Source: Malacoraja senta (Eukaryota). Taken from it: a DNA stretch of 20,000 nucleotides. The stretch is taken from positions 60,896 to 80,895 of the forward strand of contig JAXLNO010000039.1 in assembly GCA_038087875.1 (NCBI GenBank), written 5' to 3'. The position numbers were made by a program, and so were the translations under genes. The notes under the pieces were generated by a model. That model had not been told where the DNA came from. It saw nothing but the letters and a program-made list of their open reading frames with translations, and ran no database searches. This document shows positions 8,046-18,468 of this stretch, one piece after another (position 1 is the stretch's first letter; the number at the start of each line of letters is the position of its first letter).

Positions 8046-8308
8046 GTTGTGGTAGGTTGATTCAGTAGCCTGATGACAGCTGGGAAGAAACTGTCCCTGA
8101 ATCTGGAGGTGTGCGTTTTCACACTTCTATACCTTTTGGCCAGAGGGGAGAAGAGGGAGTGGCCTGGGTGTGACTTGTCCTTGATTATGCTGCTGGCCTT
8201 GCCGAGGCAGCACGAGGTATAAATGGAGACAATGGGAAGGGAGGTTGGTTTGTGTGATGGTCTGGGCTGCGTCCGCAATTCGCTGCAATTTCTTGCAGTG
8301 TTGGATGA
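8046..8308 (-). mobile_element. Rex1/Babar LINE ORF2 C-terminal fragment (second subfamily)
   Basis: SIYTSCCLGKASSIIKDKSHPGHSLFSPLAKRYRSVKTHTSRFRDSFFPAVIRLLN; same subfamily as 17344-17578. Confidence 0.88.
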
Positions 8309-8319
8309 AGCTCTTTGAA

Positions 8320-8517
8320 ATATTTTTAAGTACAGCAGGAAGGTTATGCCCAGGTCCTTGGCCAATATTTAGCCCTCAATCAAAAGCATTAAAGTTCTGT
8401 CCGGTGATTACCACAGTTGTTTGTGGCAGTTTCTGGCCGTTATGTTCTATTCATTATAACAGCAACTACACTTAAAAATGCACTTCCTTGGCTTGCCAAG
8501 TTCGTTGGATCGTTCTC
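8320..8517 (+). mobile_element. SacSINE1/DeuSINE Deu-domain and 3' part
   Basis: ccttggccaatatttagccctcaa...ttgtttgtggcagtt...attataacagcaactacacttaaaaatgcacttccttggct matches the recalled Deu-domain (cctggccaatatttatccctcaa...ctgtttgtgggagctt...attacaacagtgactacacttcaaaagtacttcattggct). Confidence 0.7.
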
Positions 8518-10572
8518 AAAGATTTAAAGACCGCATGGATGAACTCCCAAAATTGTTCATCCCTGTTCTGGCGAAAAAATAAAACGGGGAAGGCGGCTCA
8601 ACCGTGGCTGACGAGGGAAATCAAGGATATTGTTAAATCCAAGGAAAAGGCATATACATTGGCTAGAGGAAGCAGCAAACCGGAGGACTGGGAGAAATTT
8701 AGAACTCAACAGAGTAGGACAAAGGGGTTAATTAAGTGGGGGGAAGAGCATGAAAAAAGTTTGCAGGGGAAAGTGCAAAAAGCTTCTTTAGATATGTAAA
8801 AGGAAAAGATTTGTGAAGATAAAAGTAGGTCCCTTACAATCAGAGGCAGGTGAATTTATATTGGGAAACAAAGAAATGGCAAAACAGTTAAATGAGTTCT
8901 GTCTTCTCTAAGGAAGACACAAACAATCTCCCAGAAATACTAGGAGACTGAGGATCTAGTGAGAGGGAGGAACTGAAGGGAATCCACATTAGTCAGGAAA
9001 TGGTGTTAGGTAAACTGTTGGGACTGAAGGCAGATAAATCCCTTGGGCCTGATAGTCTGCATCCCAGAGTACTCAAGGAGATGGTCCTAGAAATTGTGGA
9101 TGCATTGGTGACTATTTTCCAATGTTCTATAGACTCTGGATTAGTTCCTGTGGACTGGAGGGTAGCCAATGTAACCCCACTTTTTAAGAAAGGAGGGAGA
9201 GAAAAAAAGGGGAATTATAGACATCGGTAGTGGGGAAGATGCTTGAGTCGATTGTTAAAGATGTTATAGCAACGCATTTGGAAAGCATGGATTTATGAAG
9301 GGGAAATCATGCTTGACTAATCTTCTGGAATTTTTTGAGGATGTAACAAGTAGAATGGATAAGGGAGAGCCAGTGGATGTGGTGTATCTGGACTTTCAAA
9401 AGCATTTGACAAGGTCCCACACAAGAGATTAGTGGGCAAAATTAGAGCACATGGTATTGTGGGTAGGGTATTGACATGGATAGAGAACTGGTAGGCAGAT
9501 AGGAAGCAAAGAGTAGGAATTAACGGGGTCCTTTTCAGAATGGCAGGCAGTGTCTAGTGGGGTGCCGCAAGGCTTCGTGCTGGGACCTCAGTTATTTACA
9601 ATATATATTAACGATTTAGACGAGGGAATTAAATGTGACATCTCCAAGTTTGCGGATGACACAAAGCTGGGTGGCAGTGTGAGCTGCGATGAGGGTGTTA
9701 TCAGGCTGCAGGGCGACTTGGATAGGTTGGGTGAGTGGGCAGATGCATGGCAGATGCAGTATAATGTGGATAAATGTGAGGTTATCCATTTTGATGGCAA
9801 GAACAGGAAGGCAGATTATTATCTGAATGATGTCAGATTAGGAAAAGGGGAGGTGCAACGAGACCTGGGTGTGCTTGTACATCAGTCACTGAAAGTAAGC
9901 ATGCAGGTAGAGCAGGCAGTGACGAAAGCTAATGACATGCTGGCCTTCATTGCGAGAGGAGTTGAGTTTAGGAGCAAGGAGGTCCTACTGCAGTTGTACA
10001 GGGCCCTGGTGAGACCGCACCTGGAGTATTGTGTGCAATTTTGGTCTCCTAATTTGAGGAAGAACATTATTGAGGGAATGCAGCGTAGGTTCACCAGGTT
10101 AATTCCCGGGATGGTGGGACTGACATATGATGAAGGAATGGGTCGACTGGGCTTGTATTCACTGGAATTTAGGATGAGAGGGTTTCATATTGAAACATAT
10201 AAAATTCTTAAAGGATTGGACAGGCTAGATGCAGGAAAATGTTCCCAATGTTGTGGGAGTCCAGAACCAGGGGTCACAGTTTAAGAATAAGGGGTAGACA
10301 ATTTAGGACTGAGATGAGGAAAATTTTTCTTCACCCAGAGAGTTGTAAATCTGTGGAATTCTCTGCCACAGAAGGCAGTGGAGGCCAATTCACTGGATGT
10401 TTTCAAGAGAGAGTTAGATCTAGCTCTTAGGGCTAAAAGAATCAAGGAATATGGGGAGAAAGCAGGAACGGGGTACTGATTTTAGATGATCAGCCATGAT
10501 CATATTGAATGGCGGTGCTGGCTCGAAGGGCCGAATGGCCTACTCCTGCACCTATTTTTCTATGTTTCTATG
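8518..10572 (+). mobile_element. 2-kb 5'-truncated CR1/HER1 LINE with a disrupted reverse transcriptase ORF2
   Basis: PWLTREIK, KSLGPDSLHPRVLKE, DWRVANVTPLFKKG, SGVPQGFVLGPQLFTIYINDLD, ISKFADDTKL, YRALVRPHLEYC; several frameshifts and stops; tail ctatgtttctatg. Confidence 0.97.
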
Positions 10573-11014
10573 CAAGTGGACGCAAAAGGCACTGTGTTAA
10601 TGGGAGCCCTTCTCTTATTCGGAGTCAGGAGACATTGACTGCCTGGGTCTGGAGTTCCACAGAACGATCTTGCTGACAAATTGGCACTCATATGAAAGAT
10701 GTGAACTTTAGGAAATGTAAAATGATCCGTTGGCACAGCTTTGCTCTCTCAGTTCAAAAACTGGCAGGTTTACCAAGAACAGTCTCTTAAGACTCAGACC
10801 AGAATGATTTACGCAAACTCGGAAATTGCACTTGGCGAATCCTCGCATCCTTATTGCCCAATGTGTGTTCCTTGTGCTTGTTTCCACATCTGACTGCAAG
10901 CAGAGTGCTGCATTAATTATGAGGGGCACCCATTCACTGATTCATGTAAAACCAGATACATTAACAGAGCAAGAAACAAACTATAATAATAAGAATTATG
11001 GTGAAATGACTGCT

Positions 11015-11250
11015 AATAAAACTGCTTCTATTTACGTAGCGCCTTTTAAGACTGCAGAATTGCCTCAGGCATTTCCTCGTCCCGAGCCTTGGTCCCTGGC
11101 AGATGAAAGCTGCCATTGGGGAGCGTTAAAATTCAAGGATGTTAATAAGGTCAGAATTGGAGATGTCTCTGGTGCTTGGAGAGACTACTGAGGTAGCATG
11201 GGCCAAGCCTACGGAGGGAACAGAAAACATGGTCAAGAATAATAAAAAGC
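11015..11250 (-). mobile_element. Old L2-like LINE 3' fragment
   Basis: ttctatttacgtagcgcctttt (the minus strand gives an aaaggcgcta..taaat L2-type tail), followed by ggagcgttaaaattcaaggatg..ggtcagaattggag, resembling the recalled shark L2 sequence. Confidence 0.5.
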
Positions 11251-11280
11251 TAGTTTCACCAAAAGGCAATGTTGTTTAAT

Positions 11281-11518
11281 TCAGTTTAGTTTAGAGATAC
11301 AGCATGAAAACAGACCCTTTGGCCCCACGATGACCAACCATCTCGTTCTATCCAACAGACGAGGGACAATTTACGGAAGACAATTAACCTACAAACCTGC
11401 ACGTCTTTGGAATGTGGGAGGAAACCGGAGCATCCGGAGGAAACCCACGCGGTCACAGTGAAAATGAACAAACTCTGCACAGACAGCACCCGTGGTCAAG
11501 ATCAAACCTGGGTCTCTG
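11281..11518 (-). mobile_element. HE1-like V-SINE, 5'-truncated just upstream of the B box
   Basis: (TTTAG)n tail, gatacagcatgaaaacagaccct, V-domain, and B-box remnant gatcaaacc. Confidence 0.85.
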
Positions 11519-11520
11519 CC

Positions 11521-12338
11521 TCAGAGTATAGAAGTGAGATCGACCGATTGACCAAATGATGCCAGCACAATAACCTGGCTCTCAACACCAGCAAAACCAC
11601 GGAACTGATTGTGGACTTTGGAAGGGGCAGGGTAGGGACCCACAAATCCGTTTATATCAACGGGACGATGGTGGAAAGGGTCAAGAACTTCAAATTCCTG
11701 GGCGTTCCGAAGATCTTTCCTGGTCCCAGAACACTGATGCAATTATAAAGAAAGCACGTCAGCGCCTCTACTTCCTGAGAAGATTACAGAGAGTCGGTAT
11801 GTCGAGGAGGACTCTCTCGAACTTCTACAGGTGCACAGTAGAGAGCATGCTGACCGGTTGCATCGTGGCTTGGTTCAGCAACTTGAGCGCCCAGGAGCGT
11901 AAAAGAATGCAGAAAGTTGTGACCACTGCCCAGTCCATCATCGGCTCTGACCTCCCCACCATTGAAGGGATTTACCGCAGTCGCTGCCTCAAAAAGGCTG
12001 CCAACATCATCAAGGAGCCACACCATCCTGGCCACACACTCATCTCTCCGCTGCCATCAGGTAGAAGGTACAGGAGCCTGAATTCTGGTACATCCAGGTT
12101 CAGGAACAGTTTCTTCCCCACAGCCAACAGGCTATTAAACTCGCCATCAAACAAACTCTGAACTGTAACAACCTATTACACTTTATCTGTTTATTTATGT
12201 GTATATATATGGTCTATGCTATATAGACACACTGATCTGTTCTGTATTTATGCTTACAATACTCTGTTGTGCTGCAGCAAGCAAGAATTTCATTGTCCTA
12301 TCTGGGACACATGACAATAAACTCTCTTGACTTGACTT
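11521..12338 (+). mobile_element. 5'-truncated Rex1/Babar LINE with complete 3' end
   Basis: SEYRSEIDRLTK*CQHNNLALNTSKTTELIVDF...NFYRCTVESMLTGCIVAWF...PHHPGH..LPSGRRYRS..RFRNSFFP; ends atgacaataaactctcttgacttgactt. Confidence 0.93.
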
Positions 12339-12409
12339 AAGGCACTCTTAAGGCCACTGTGCCACCTAGTTCAGTTATCACAAGAGCAGTGGTGAACATG
12401 GCTAATTTA

Positions 12410-12739
12410 TGGGGCTGTCCCACTGTACGAGCTAATTCAAGAGTTCTCCCGAGTTTCTCCTGATTCGAACTCGGAGAACTACGGTAATAGCCGCTCGTAG
12501 GTACTCGGGGCTCTCGGTGGACATTTTTCAACATGTTGAAAAATGTTGAAAAATCTTCACGAGTCTTCACGAGCATACAGCGTTTCACGAGTACCTGCCA
12601 TTAGCGTTACGAGCCGCTAAGAGACGTCCCCGGGCTCCGACGTACCCACGACGTACATTCTACGTGCTTACCACGTGTTTTGGTTTTTTTTTCAACTCGG
12701 GAGAGCTCTTGAATTACCTCGTACAGTGGGACAGGCCCT
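12410..12739 (+). mobile_element. PIF/Harbinger-type MITE, copy 3
   Basis: TIR ggggctgtcccactgtacgag/ctcgtacagtgggacaggccct; flanks TTA/TAA; collinear with 7031-7337. Confidence 0.88.
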
Positions 12740-13288
12740 TAAGAGTGCAAGTCTATAGAGCAGAACAAGGAAGGCTGTTGGAATAATCGAGTCTAGGGTC
12801 TTATTTTTAGTACTAATTGATTTGTTTTGGGGGCAGAATGGCCAACATATTTTTGATGTACCGAAGATGACACCATGCCAGAAATTGCACCACATGAATT
12901 ATCAAAAGATTCAGGAGCGTACCACCAGACTCATTAGAAAATGTACATCATAAACACGGTACTGGGAAAATTGCTACCACGCCACCAGTTAAATATGTGT
13001 TTTGTATCAACAGGAAAAAACAGAATTCTATACAAATGATCCCGCTGGACTGGTTCACAAGAAGATATTTAACACAAAGATTTTTTGTTGGTATCCTCAG
13101 CCAACTTTGTGGATTGAAGCAGTATGTTGGGTTTCCCACCAGGGGTATCACTGAGACTGTGTGTAACCCCTGGAAATCCAGTATATTTGCAATGGGTTTT
13201 TATTTAACGAGACAGCAAGAGTAGGACACTCCTTCACACGTTGTTATGGTTGCCCTAGTTGGGGCCTGAACGTACTGTGGATTACTCA

Positions 13289-13457
13289 AGGGGCTGTCCC
13301 ACTTACGCAATTTTTTTTCGGCGACTTGCCGGCACCCGTCATAGTCGCAGCAGGTGGCCGAATATTTTCAACATGTTGAAAATCGAGCGTCGACCAGAAA
13401 AAGTTACGACTTTGGGCGACTATTCACGATCATACAGGCGTCCCCCGCGGCAGTCAA
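13289..13457 (+). mobile_element. Truncated MITE of a sister Harbinger-type family
   Basis: Same terminus aggggctgtcccac and central palindrome attttcaacatgttgaaaat, but a different interior and no right TIR. Confidence 0.65.
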
Positions 13458-13468
13458 AGGAATGATTA

Positions 13469-13660
13469 CAATCAAGTCAAGTCAAGTTTATTCGTCACAT
13501 ACACATACGAGACGCGCAGTGAAATTAAAAGTGGCAATGCTCGCGAATTGTGCAAAAAAAAACCAAAACAAACAAACTACAAACAGAATGGAACAGAATC
13601 ACATATTCTTTTACATATTACATATTGTGGGAGGAAGGAAAAAGGAAAGAAACAACAAAA
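13469..13660 (-). mobile_element. 3' terminus of a Rex1/Babar-type retroelement
   Basis: caagtcaagtcaagtttattcgtcac...gcagtgaaat; the minus strand ends gtgacgaataaacttgacttgacttg. Confidence 0.55.
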
Positions 13661-13685
13661 AACCCCAGCAATTTTTTTAAAAATT

Positions 13686-13810
13686 GGGACAGGCAGCATC
13701 TCTGGAGAGATGCTTCTTCTCTCCAGAGATGCTGCCTGTCCCGCTGAGTTGCTCCAGCTTTTTGTGTCTATCTTCAGTTTAATCCAGCATCTGCAGTTCC
13801 TTCCTGCACA
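13686..13810. mobile_element. Collapsed head-to-head Penelope pseudo-LTR forming a 25-bp perfect hairpin
   Basis: Arms 13686-13710 and 13718-13742, with a 7-nt loop. Confidence 0.8.
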
Positions 13811-14853
13811 CTACAACCAAGCCAGCCGGATTAAGGATAAAGGGGACAATTTAATCTTCTCCAAGCATGAAGACAGGACATTTTGCAGTAACTTCAGCTG
13901 CACAAATAGCCTAGTCTTTTCTAAGGCATGACATGGTACTCCAAACTATATCTGAGGAACTCATTGTGAAAATTGCTTGCAACATTATTTATTATCATGG
14001 ACTATTTTCAATAGGTAATTAGGCTCGTTAGGATATAATGAAGTCACTAAAGAATTTTTATGGTCACAGAATTCTCTTTCTCAATACCCTAAAGGAGATT
14101 CCTTGCATTCCAACCAGTGGATGCAAAGGTTAACGATCGCCGAAATTCCATAGATTCTAGAATGGCTCCCACAAATTGGAAGGTAGCAGATGTAATCCCA
14201 CTATTTATGAGAGAGAGAGAGAAAAAAACCAGGAAGGGCCAGACCAGTTAGACAGATATTGTGGTAGGAAAAATGTTCAAATCTATTAGTAAGGAAGAAA
14301 ATATTAATTGTATTGGGCATTAAATTTGATACATGAAAGGAAAATGATTGACAAGCGTCAAGTATCAACAGTGTTTTATTGTCATATGCCTCAGATAGAA
14401 CAATGACATTCATACTTGCAGCAACATAGTAAACTGTTTCATCTTGCTCCAATGATGTGGGGCCCTTGTGATGTTACACCCTTAAGTGTGGCATACAAAG
14501 TCAGGTCTCTTTCAACAAAGAATGCACAATGAGACTCGCCTGATTAATTGCTGGGATCAAATGGTATTTACCAGGAACAGTTAAGCAAACTGGGCCTACA
14601 TTCCGAGTTTGGAAGAATGAGAGATAGTCTCAGTGAAACAAACACAATTCTTACGGTGTTTAACACATCAGGCGCAACTTGGCTTTTTGCCCTCATAATG
14701 CTTTCTTGAACAAAATCACAAAATATAGAAACAGCCATGAGAAAAGCAATTTCTTCAAGCAAAAGGTAATACATGTTTTCAATTCTCTATCCAGGAGATT
14801 TGTGGGGTCACTAAGTGTATTCAATACAGCGGGCAATAGAGTTTTAGATATTA

Positions 14854-15275
14854 CTAGACCAAGTGCAGACCCGTTGGGTCTGGTCCCCGAAAGTGCTTGA
14901 CACCCCGGGGTGTTGTTCCCGAACGTGCTTCAGACCCCGGGGTGAAAATCTGCTGAAAAAAAGATGGCGTCGTTTTCGGAGAAAATGGGAGACAATCGGA
15001 GAAAATCACATGGGGGTGGGGGGGGGATGGATTTTATTTAGAAAAACGTGTACATAAACAGGACCGAATTTAATCAGGAGTGGCTATTCGTAAAGATAAA
15101 TGTCATCTCTTTGGAAATGGTAAAAAATATGGGCCTTTCCACGCGCTGTGTGGGCCAGGGGCGGTATCAAAGGCGGCGTACGGACGTACAGACGTACAGA
15201 CGTACAGACGTACAGACGTACAGACGTACAGACATACAGACGGACGACAGCCAGAGAGTTTTAAAAGTATATAGA
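14854..15275 (-). mobile_element. Complete 422-bp non-autonomous Helitron
   Basis: The minus strand begins A|TCTATATAC and ends CTAG|T. A 7-bp hairpin cagaccc-gtt-gggtctg (14866-14882) lies 12 nt from the 3' end. An internal (CGTACAGA)8 repeat is at 15177-15240. Confidence 0.85.
15177..15240 (+). repeat. (CGTACAGA)8 tandem repeat inside the Helitron
   Basis: Eight 8-bp units, six of them perfect. Confidence 0.95.
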
Positions 15276-15324
15276 TAAGGGAATCACAAGACATGGAATT
15301 AGTGCAGGAAAGTGGCACTGAGAC

Positions 15325-15688
15325 ACAGGGACTGCAGATGCTGGAATATTGAGTAAAACACTGTGTTGGAGGAGAATCAAGGGACTACAGGTGATGGCTT
15401 ACATAAAAATGACACAGAGTGCTGCAGTAACTCAGTGGGTCAGGCAGTATCTCTGGAGAAGGTGAAAAGATGACGGTTTGGGTCGGGACCCTTCTTCAGA
15501 ATTCTTCACGTTGGAGGAACTCTGTGGGTCAGGCGGCATCAGTGGAAGGAATGGAAGGAAAGGCCACATTTTGGGTTGGGATCCATCTTCAGAAGATCAG
15601 CTGTGATATTGAATGGCAAACCAGATATGTAGGGCTATCCATTCCTTCCTCTGATGCTGCCTGACCCACAGAGTTCCTCCAACGTGAA
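15325..15688. mobile_element. Stack of Penelope pseudo-LTR fragments
   Basis: Repeated gggactgcagatgctgg / gtaactcagtgggtcaggcag units; minus hammerhead remnants at about 15471-15500 and 15565-15592; 51-bp inverted arms 15505-15555/15638-15688. Confidence 0.7.
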
Positions 15689-15971
15689 AGGACTTTCCTG
15701 TTATTTCCTATGCTCTGATATGTCTACACATGGTTTGGAATCAAAGCTTTCAGTAGCAAGATGTCTTCACAGCGTCTTTAGAAACCTGCTGATCTGGCTT
15801 CACATTGGAGACTTGGTGCCTTGATGTTTCAAGCCAGCAGCCGGTGACAGTTTGTGGCAGGTAAATATGGGCACCAGATAACCATAGGTAAGGACTTTGG
15901 CCAGCAAGAACTGGCACTGTGTTGGAGGTCCTATTTTCTTTCATCAATCGAATGAATGGAGCTGGGTCTCA

Positions 15972-16004
15972 GTCTGAAGAAGGGTCTTGACCCGAAACGT
16001 CACC
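15972..16004 (+). ncRNA. Minimal type I hammerhead ribozyme core at the start of Penelope pseudo-LTR 15971-16096
   Basis: CTGAAGA (15974-15980) A GGGT-cttg-ACCC GAAA (15994-15997) CGTC (15998-16001). Confidence 0.72.
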
Positions 16005-16152
16005 CATTCCTTTTCCCCAGAGATGCTGCCTGTCCCACTTAGTTACTCCAGCATTTTGTGTCTATCTTCGCAGCATCTGCAGTTCCTTCTTACACATTCT
16101 GTGAGCTCCTTCCAAGCTAAGGCCCATAGCAGTACTATCGGACATTAGACAT

Positions 16153-16446
16153 TCACGATACAGCGCGGAAACAGGCCCTTCGGCCCACTGAGTCCGCGCC
16201 GAGCAGCGATCCCCCGTACAAGGACACTATCCTACACACGAGGGACAATTTTACAACGTGACCAAAGCCAATCAACCTACAAACCTGTACGTCTTTGGAG
16301 TGTGGAAGGAAACCAGAGCACCCTGAGAAAACCCACGCGGTCACAGGGAGAACGTACAAACCCCATACAGACAGCAGCTGTAGTCAGGATCGAACCTGGG
16401 TCTCTGGCACTGTCAGGCAGCAACTCTATCGCTGCGCCACTGTGCC
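16153..16446 (-). mobile_element. Full-length HE1-like tRNA-derived V-SINE
   Basis: The minus strand has A box tggcgcagcgatag, B box ggttcgatcc (16387-16396), the V-domain, and the CR1-derived tail gggccgaagggcctgtttccgcgctgtatc. Confidence 0.92.
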
Positions 16447-16794
16447 ATTCTTTGGCATAAGATAGCAACTTTGAAAAACAGAAACTATTAGTTTTGTTTG
16501 CCCATGGCCCCTGTGCATTGTCAATAATGCAGCATTATAATGTTAATAAACAGAATGCCTCAGCTCGGTAGCTAAAGACAGTAAGCTTCCCTTCATTTCC
16601 TCTTTTAACCAATGTACCACAATACTGTCTCCAAACAAAACAAACCATGAGTGGTGATGAGCTTGTTACTGAAGGGCAAATGTGTCAGATGAGTCATGCA
16701 GATGGTTATTCTTCCAACTCTTGTTTATACCACATTTTCATTGATGTTTATCAGTTTATTTAATTTGATTCCAAATAACAGGATTACTACAGCA

Positions 16795-17025
16795 GAATAA
16801 GACATAAGAGCAGAATTGGGCCATTCAGCCCATCGAGTCTACTCTATCATTCAACCATGGCTGACTTATTTTTCCCTCTGTGGGAGGAAGCCGAGGATCT
16901 CAGACTAAACCCACGTGGTCACGGGGAGAACGTACAAGCTCCGTACAGACAGCACCCGTAGTCGGGATCGAACCCTGGTCTCTGACGCTGTAAGGCAGCA
17001 ACTCTACCGCTGCGCCACCGTGCCG
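16795..17025 (-). mobile_element. SINE 5' half (16879-17025) abutting a CR1 3' UTR fragment (16795-16878)
   Basis: Intact A box ggtggcgcagcggtag and B box ggttcgatccc; ggccattcagcccatcgagtct..ccatggctga matches the CR1 tail. Confidence 0.8.
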
Positions 17026-17102
17026 ATTGTGACAAGAACACAAGAAAATGGGAGTAGATGTAGGCCACGTGGCCTCTGAAACCTGCCCCACAATTCTATA
17101 TG

Positions 17103-17260
17103 TGCTCTAGGGGCTAGTGGAGTCAAGGGATATGGGGAGAAGGCAGGAACGGGTTATTGATAGGGGACGCTCAGCCATGATCACAATGAATGGCGGTGCT
17201 GGCTCGAAGGGCCGAATGGCCTCCTCCTGCACCTATTCTCTATGTTTCTATGTTTCTATG
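17103..17260 (+). mobile_element. CR1 3' end
   Basis: gaatggcggtgctggctcgaagggccgaatggcct is identical to 10507-10541; (CTATGTTT)n tail. Confidence 0.9.
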
Positions 17261-17343
17261 TGCACGGCTGGTCTATTCCGGCCCTCTACTCCTCTGTGGG
17301 TCATCCTCCCTCTCCCCGTCTTCTGCTGCGGCCTAAATCGGTG

Positions 17344-17578
17344 CATCATTGCCCATTCCCTCCTCTCCCCTCTCCCATCAGGCAAAAGGTACAGAAGTGT
17401 GAAAACACACACCTCCAGTTTCAGGGATAATATCTTCCCAGCTGTTATCAGGCAACTGAACCATCCTACCACAACCAGAGAGCAGTGCTGAACTACTATC
17501 TACCTCATTGGTGACCCTCGGACTATCCTTGATTGGACTTTGCTGGCGTTACCTTGCACTGAACGCTATTCCCTTATC
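17344..17578 (+). mobile_element. Rex1/Babar LINE 3' fragment
   Basis: HSLLSPLPSGKRYRSVKTHTSSFRDNIFPAVIRQLNHPTTTREQC*. Confidence 0.85.
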
Positions 17579-17674
17579 AGTTAGTAAGTTAGTCACTTAA
17601 TTAGTTAGTTAGCTAGTTTAGGTTATTGTCACGTGTACCGAGGTACAGTGAAAAGCTTTTGTTGTGTTGGCGGT

Positions 17675-17945
17675 GAGCGTTTGATGGCACTGGGCCTGTA
17701 CTCACTGGGGTTTTGTAGGATGCGGGGCGACCTCATTGAAACATACAGAATAGTGAAAGGCCTGGATAGAGTGGACGTGGAAAGGATGTTTCTATTAGTG
17801 GGAGAGTCCAGATCCAAAGGGCACAGCTCAGAATTTAAAAAAAGCTAACCTAACTTTAGGAAGGAAATGAGGAAAAAAAATTGTTTTATCAGAAGGTGGT
17901 GAATCTGTGGGATTCATTGCCACGGACGGCTGTGGAGGCCGTCAG
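17675..17945 (+). mobile_element. CR1 ORF2 C-terminal fragment
   Basis: ERLMALGLYSLGFCRMRGDLIETYRIVKGLDRVDVERMF..SRSKGHS..QKVVNLWDSLP. Confidence 0.88.
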
Positions 17946-17947
17946 CA

Positions 17948-18462
17948 GTAGTGTAACAGGTCCACGGTAGTGTAACAGGTCAGCTGTAGTGTGACACACA
18001 CACAGTAGGTTAACCGGTATGCAGTCTTCTTCTTCTGTCATGTGTCTTTTACACCTGCAGCTCCGTTGAGGCGAGCCAGGCCAACGTGTCATCGTCCAGG
18101 TCAATCAGACCTCATTCACCATTCGGTGGCTGGTGTTTGAGGCAACTGGTGACTATGTGTGTGCTCCACTGTCTGTGTTGGGTCCCCACACTCGCAGGAG
18201 GCACTCGCTGTCCACGAGGCCCCACCTCTTCATCGCTACTCCATAGCGTCCGATGCCTGTCCTCAAGCGGTTGAGGGTTGTCCACTGCTTTCGGGGGCAG
18301 GTCCTGGCCAGGGACGTCCATGGGGTCATCGATGTAATGGTGTAGTGTAACAGGTCAATGGTTGTGTAACATGTACACGGTCGTGTAACAGGTCAGCTGT
18401 TGTGTAACAGGTCAAAGGTAGTGTAACATGTACACAGTAGTGTAACAGGCCCATGTAGTGCA
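17948..18462 (+). repeat. 19-bp minisatellite (GTAGTGTAACAGGTCNNNN) interrupted by a Vingi insertion
   Basis: 4 units at 17948-18023 and about 6 units at 18342-18454. Confidence 0.88.
18025..18340 (-). mobile_element. Vingi/Ingi-clade LINE 3' fragment (CCHC zinc finger, (GAA)n tail)
   Basis: With frameshifts: PGQDLP/RKQWTTLNRLRTGIGRYGVAMKRWGLVDS/ASCECGDPTQTVEH/IVTSC...GLIDLDDDTLAWLASTELQV* (stop 18049-18051), then a very short UTR and agaagaagaaga. Confidence 0.8.
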
Positions 18463-18468
18463 AAAAAC

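Larger units (their letters stand above)
14135..15322 (+). mobile_element. Old, internally deleted CR1 hosting a Rex-type tail (about 14357-14430) and the Helitron
   Basis: ccatagattctagaatggctcccacaaattggaaggtagcagatgtaatcccactattt (WKVADVIPLF); later LSKLGLHS..RMRDSL. CR1 sequence resumes at 15276 as taagggaatc. Confidence 0.7.

Noticed and set aside
9550..10284. 244-aa RT ORF as a functional gene
   Set aside because: It is part of a 5'-truncated CR1 with upstream and downstream frameshifts and stops, and no endonuclease domain.
10826..11191. 121-aa ORF with a hydrophobic N-terminus
   Set aside because: It has a non-ATG start, its second half overlaps the antisense of an old L2-like fragment, and I recognise no homology.
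12997..13224. Possible exon after the acceptor-like gttttgtatcaacag
   Set aside because: No convincing donor site or recognisable peptide in any frame; it cannot be supported without RNA-seq.
15048..15318. ORFs with RRTDVQTY repeats
   Set aside because: These are translations of the Helitron 8-mer microsatellite.
15750..15895. Donor-like sites cag|gtaaat and tag|gtaagg in unique sequence
   Set aside because: All plus-strand frames upstream contain stops. A non-coding exon cannot be excluded but is unsupported.
16380..16446. tRNA gene
   Set aside because: The A/B boxes belong to the tRNA-derived head of a SINE that continues into the V-domain and LINE tail.
17948..18462. Repeat array as CRISPR
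   Set aside because: Contiguous 19-bp units without unique spacers, in a eukaryotic context, with no cas genes.
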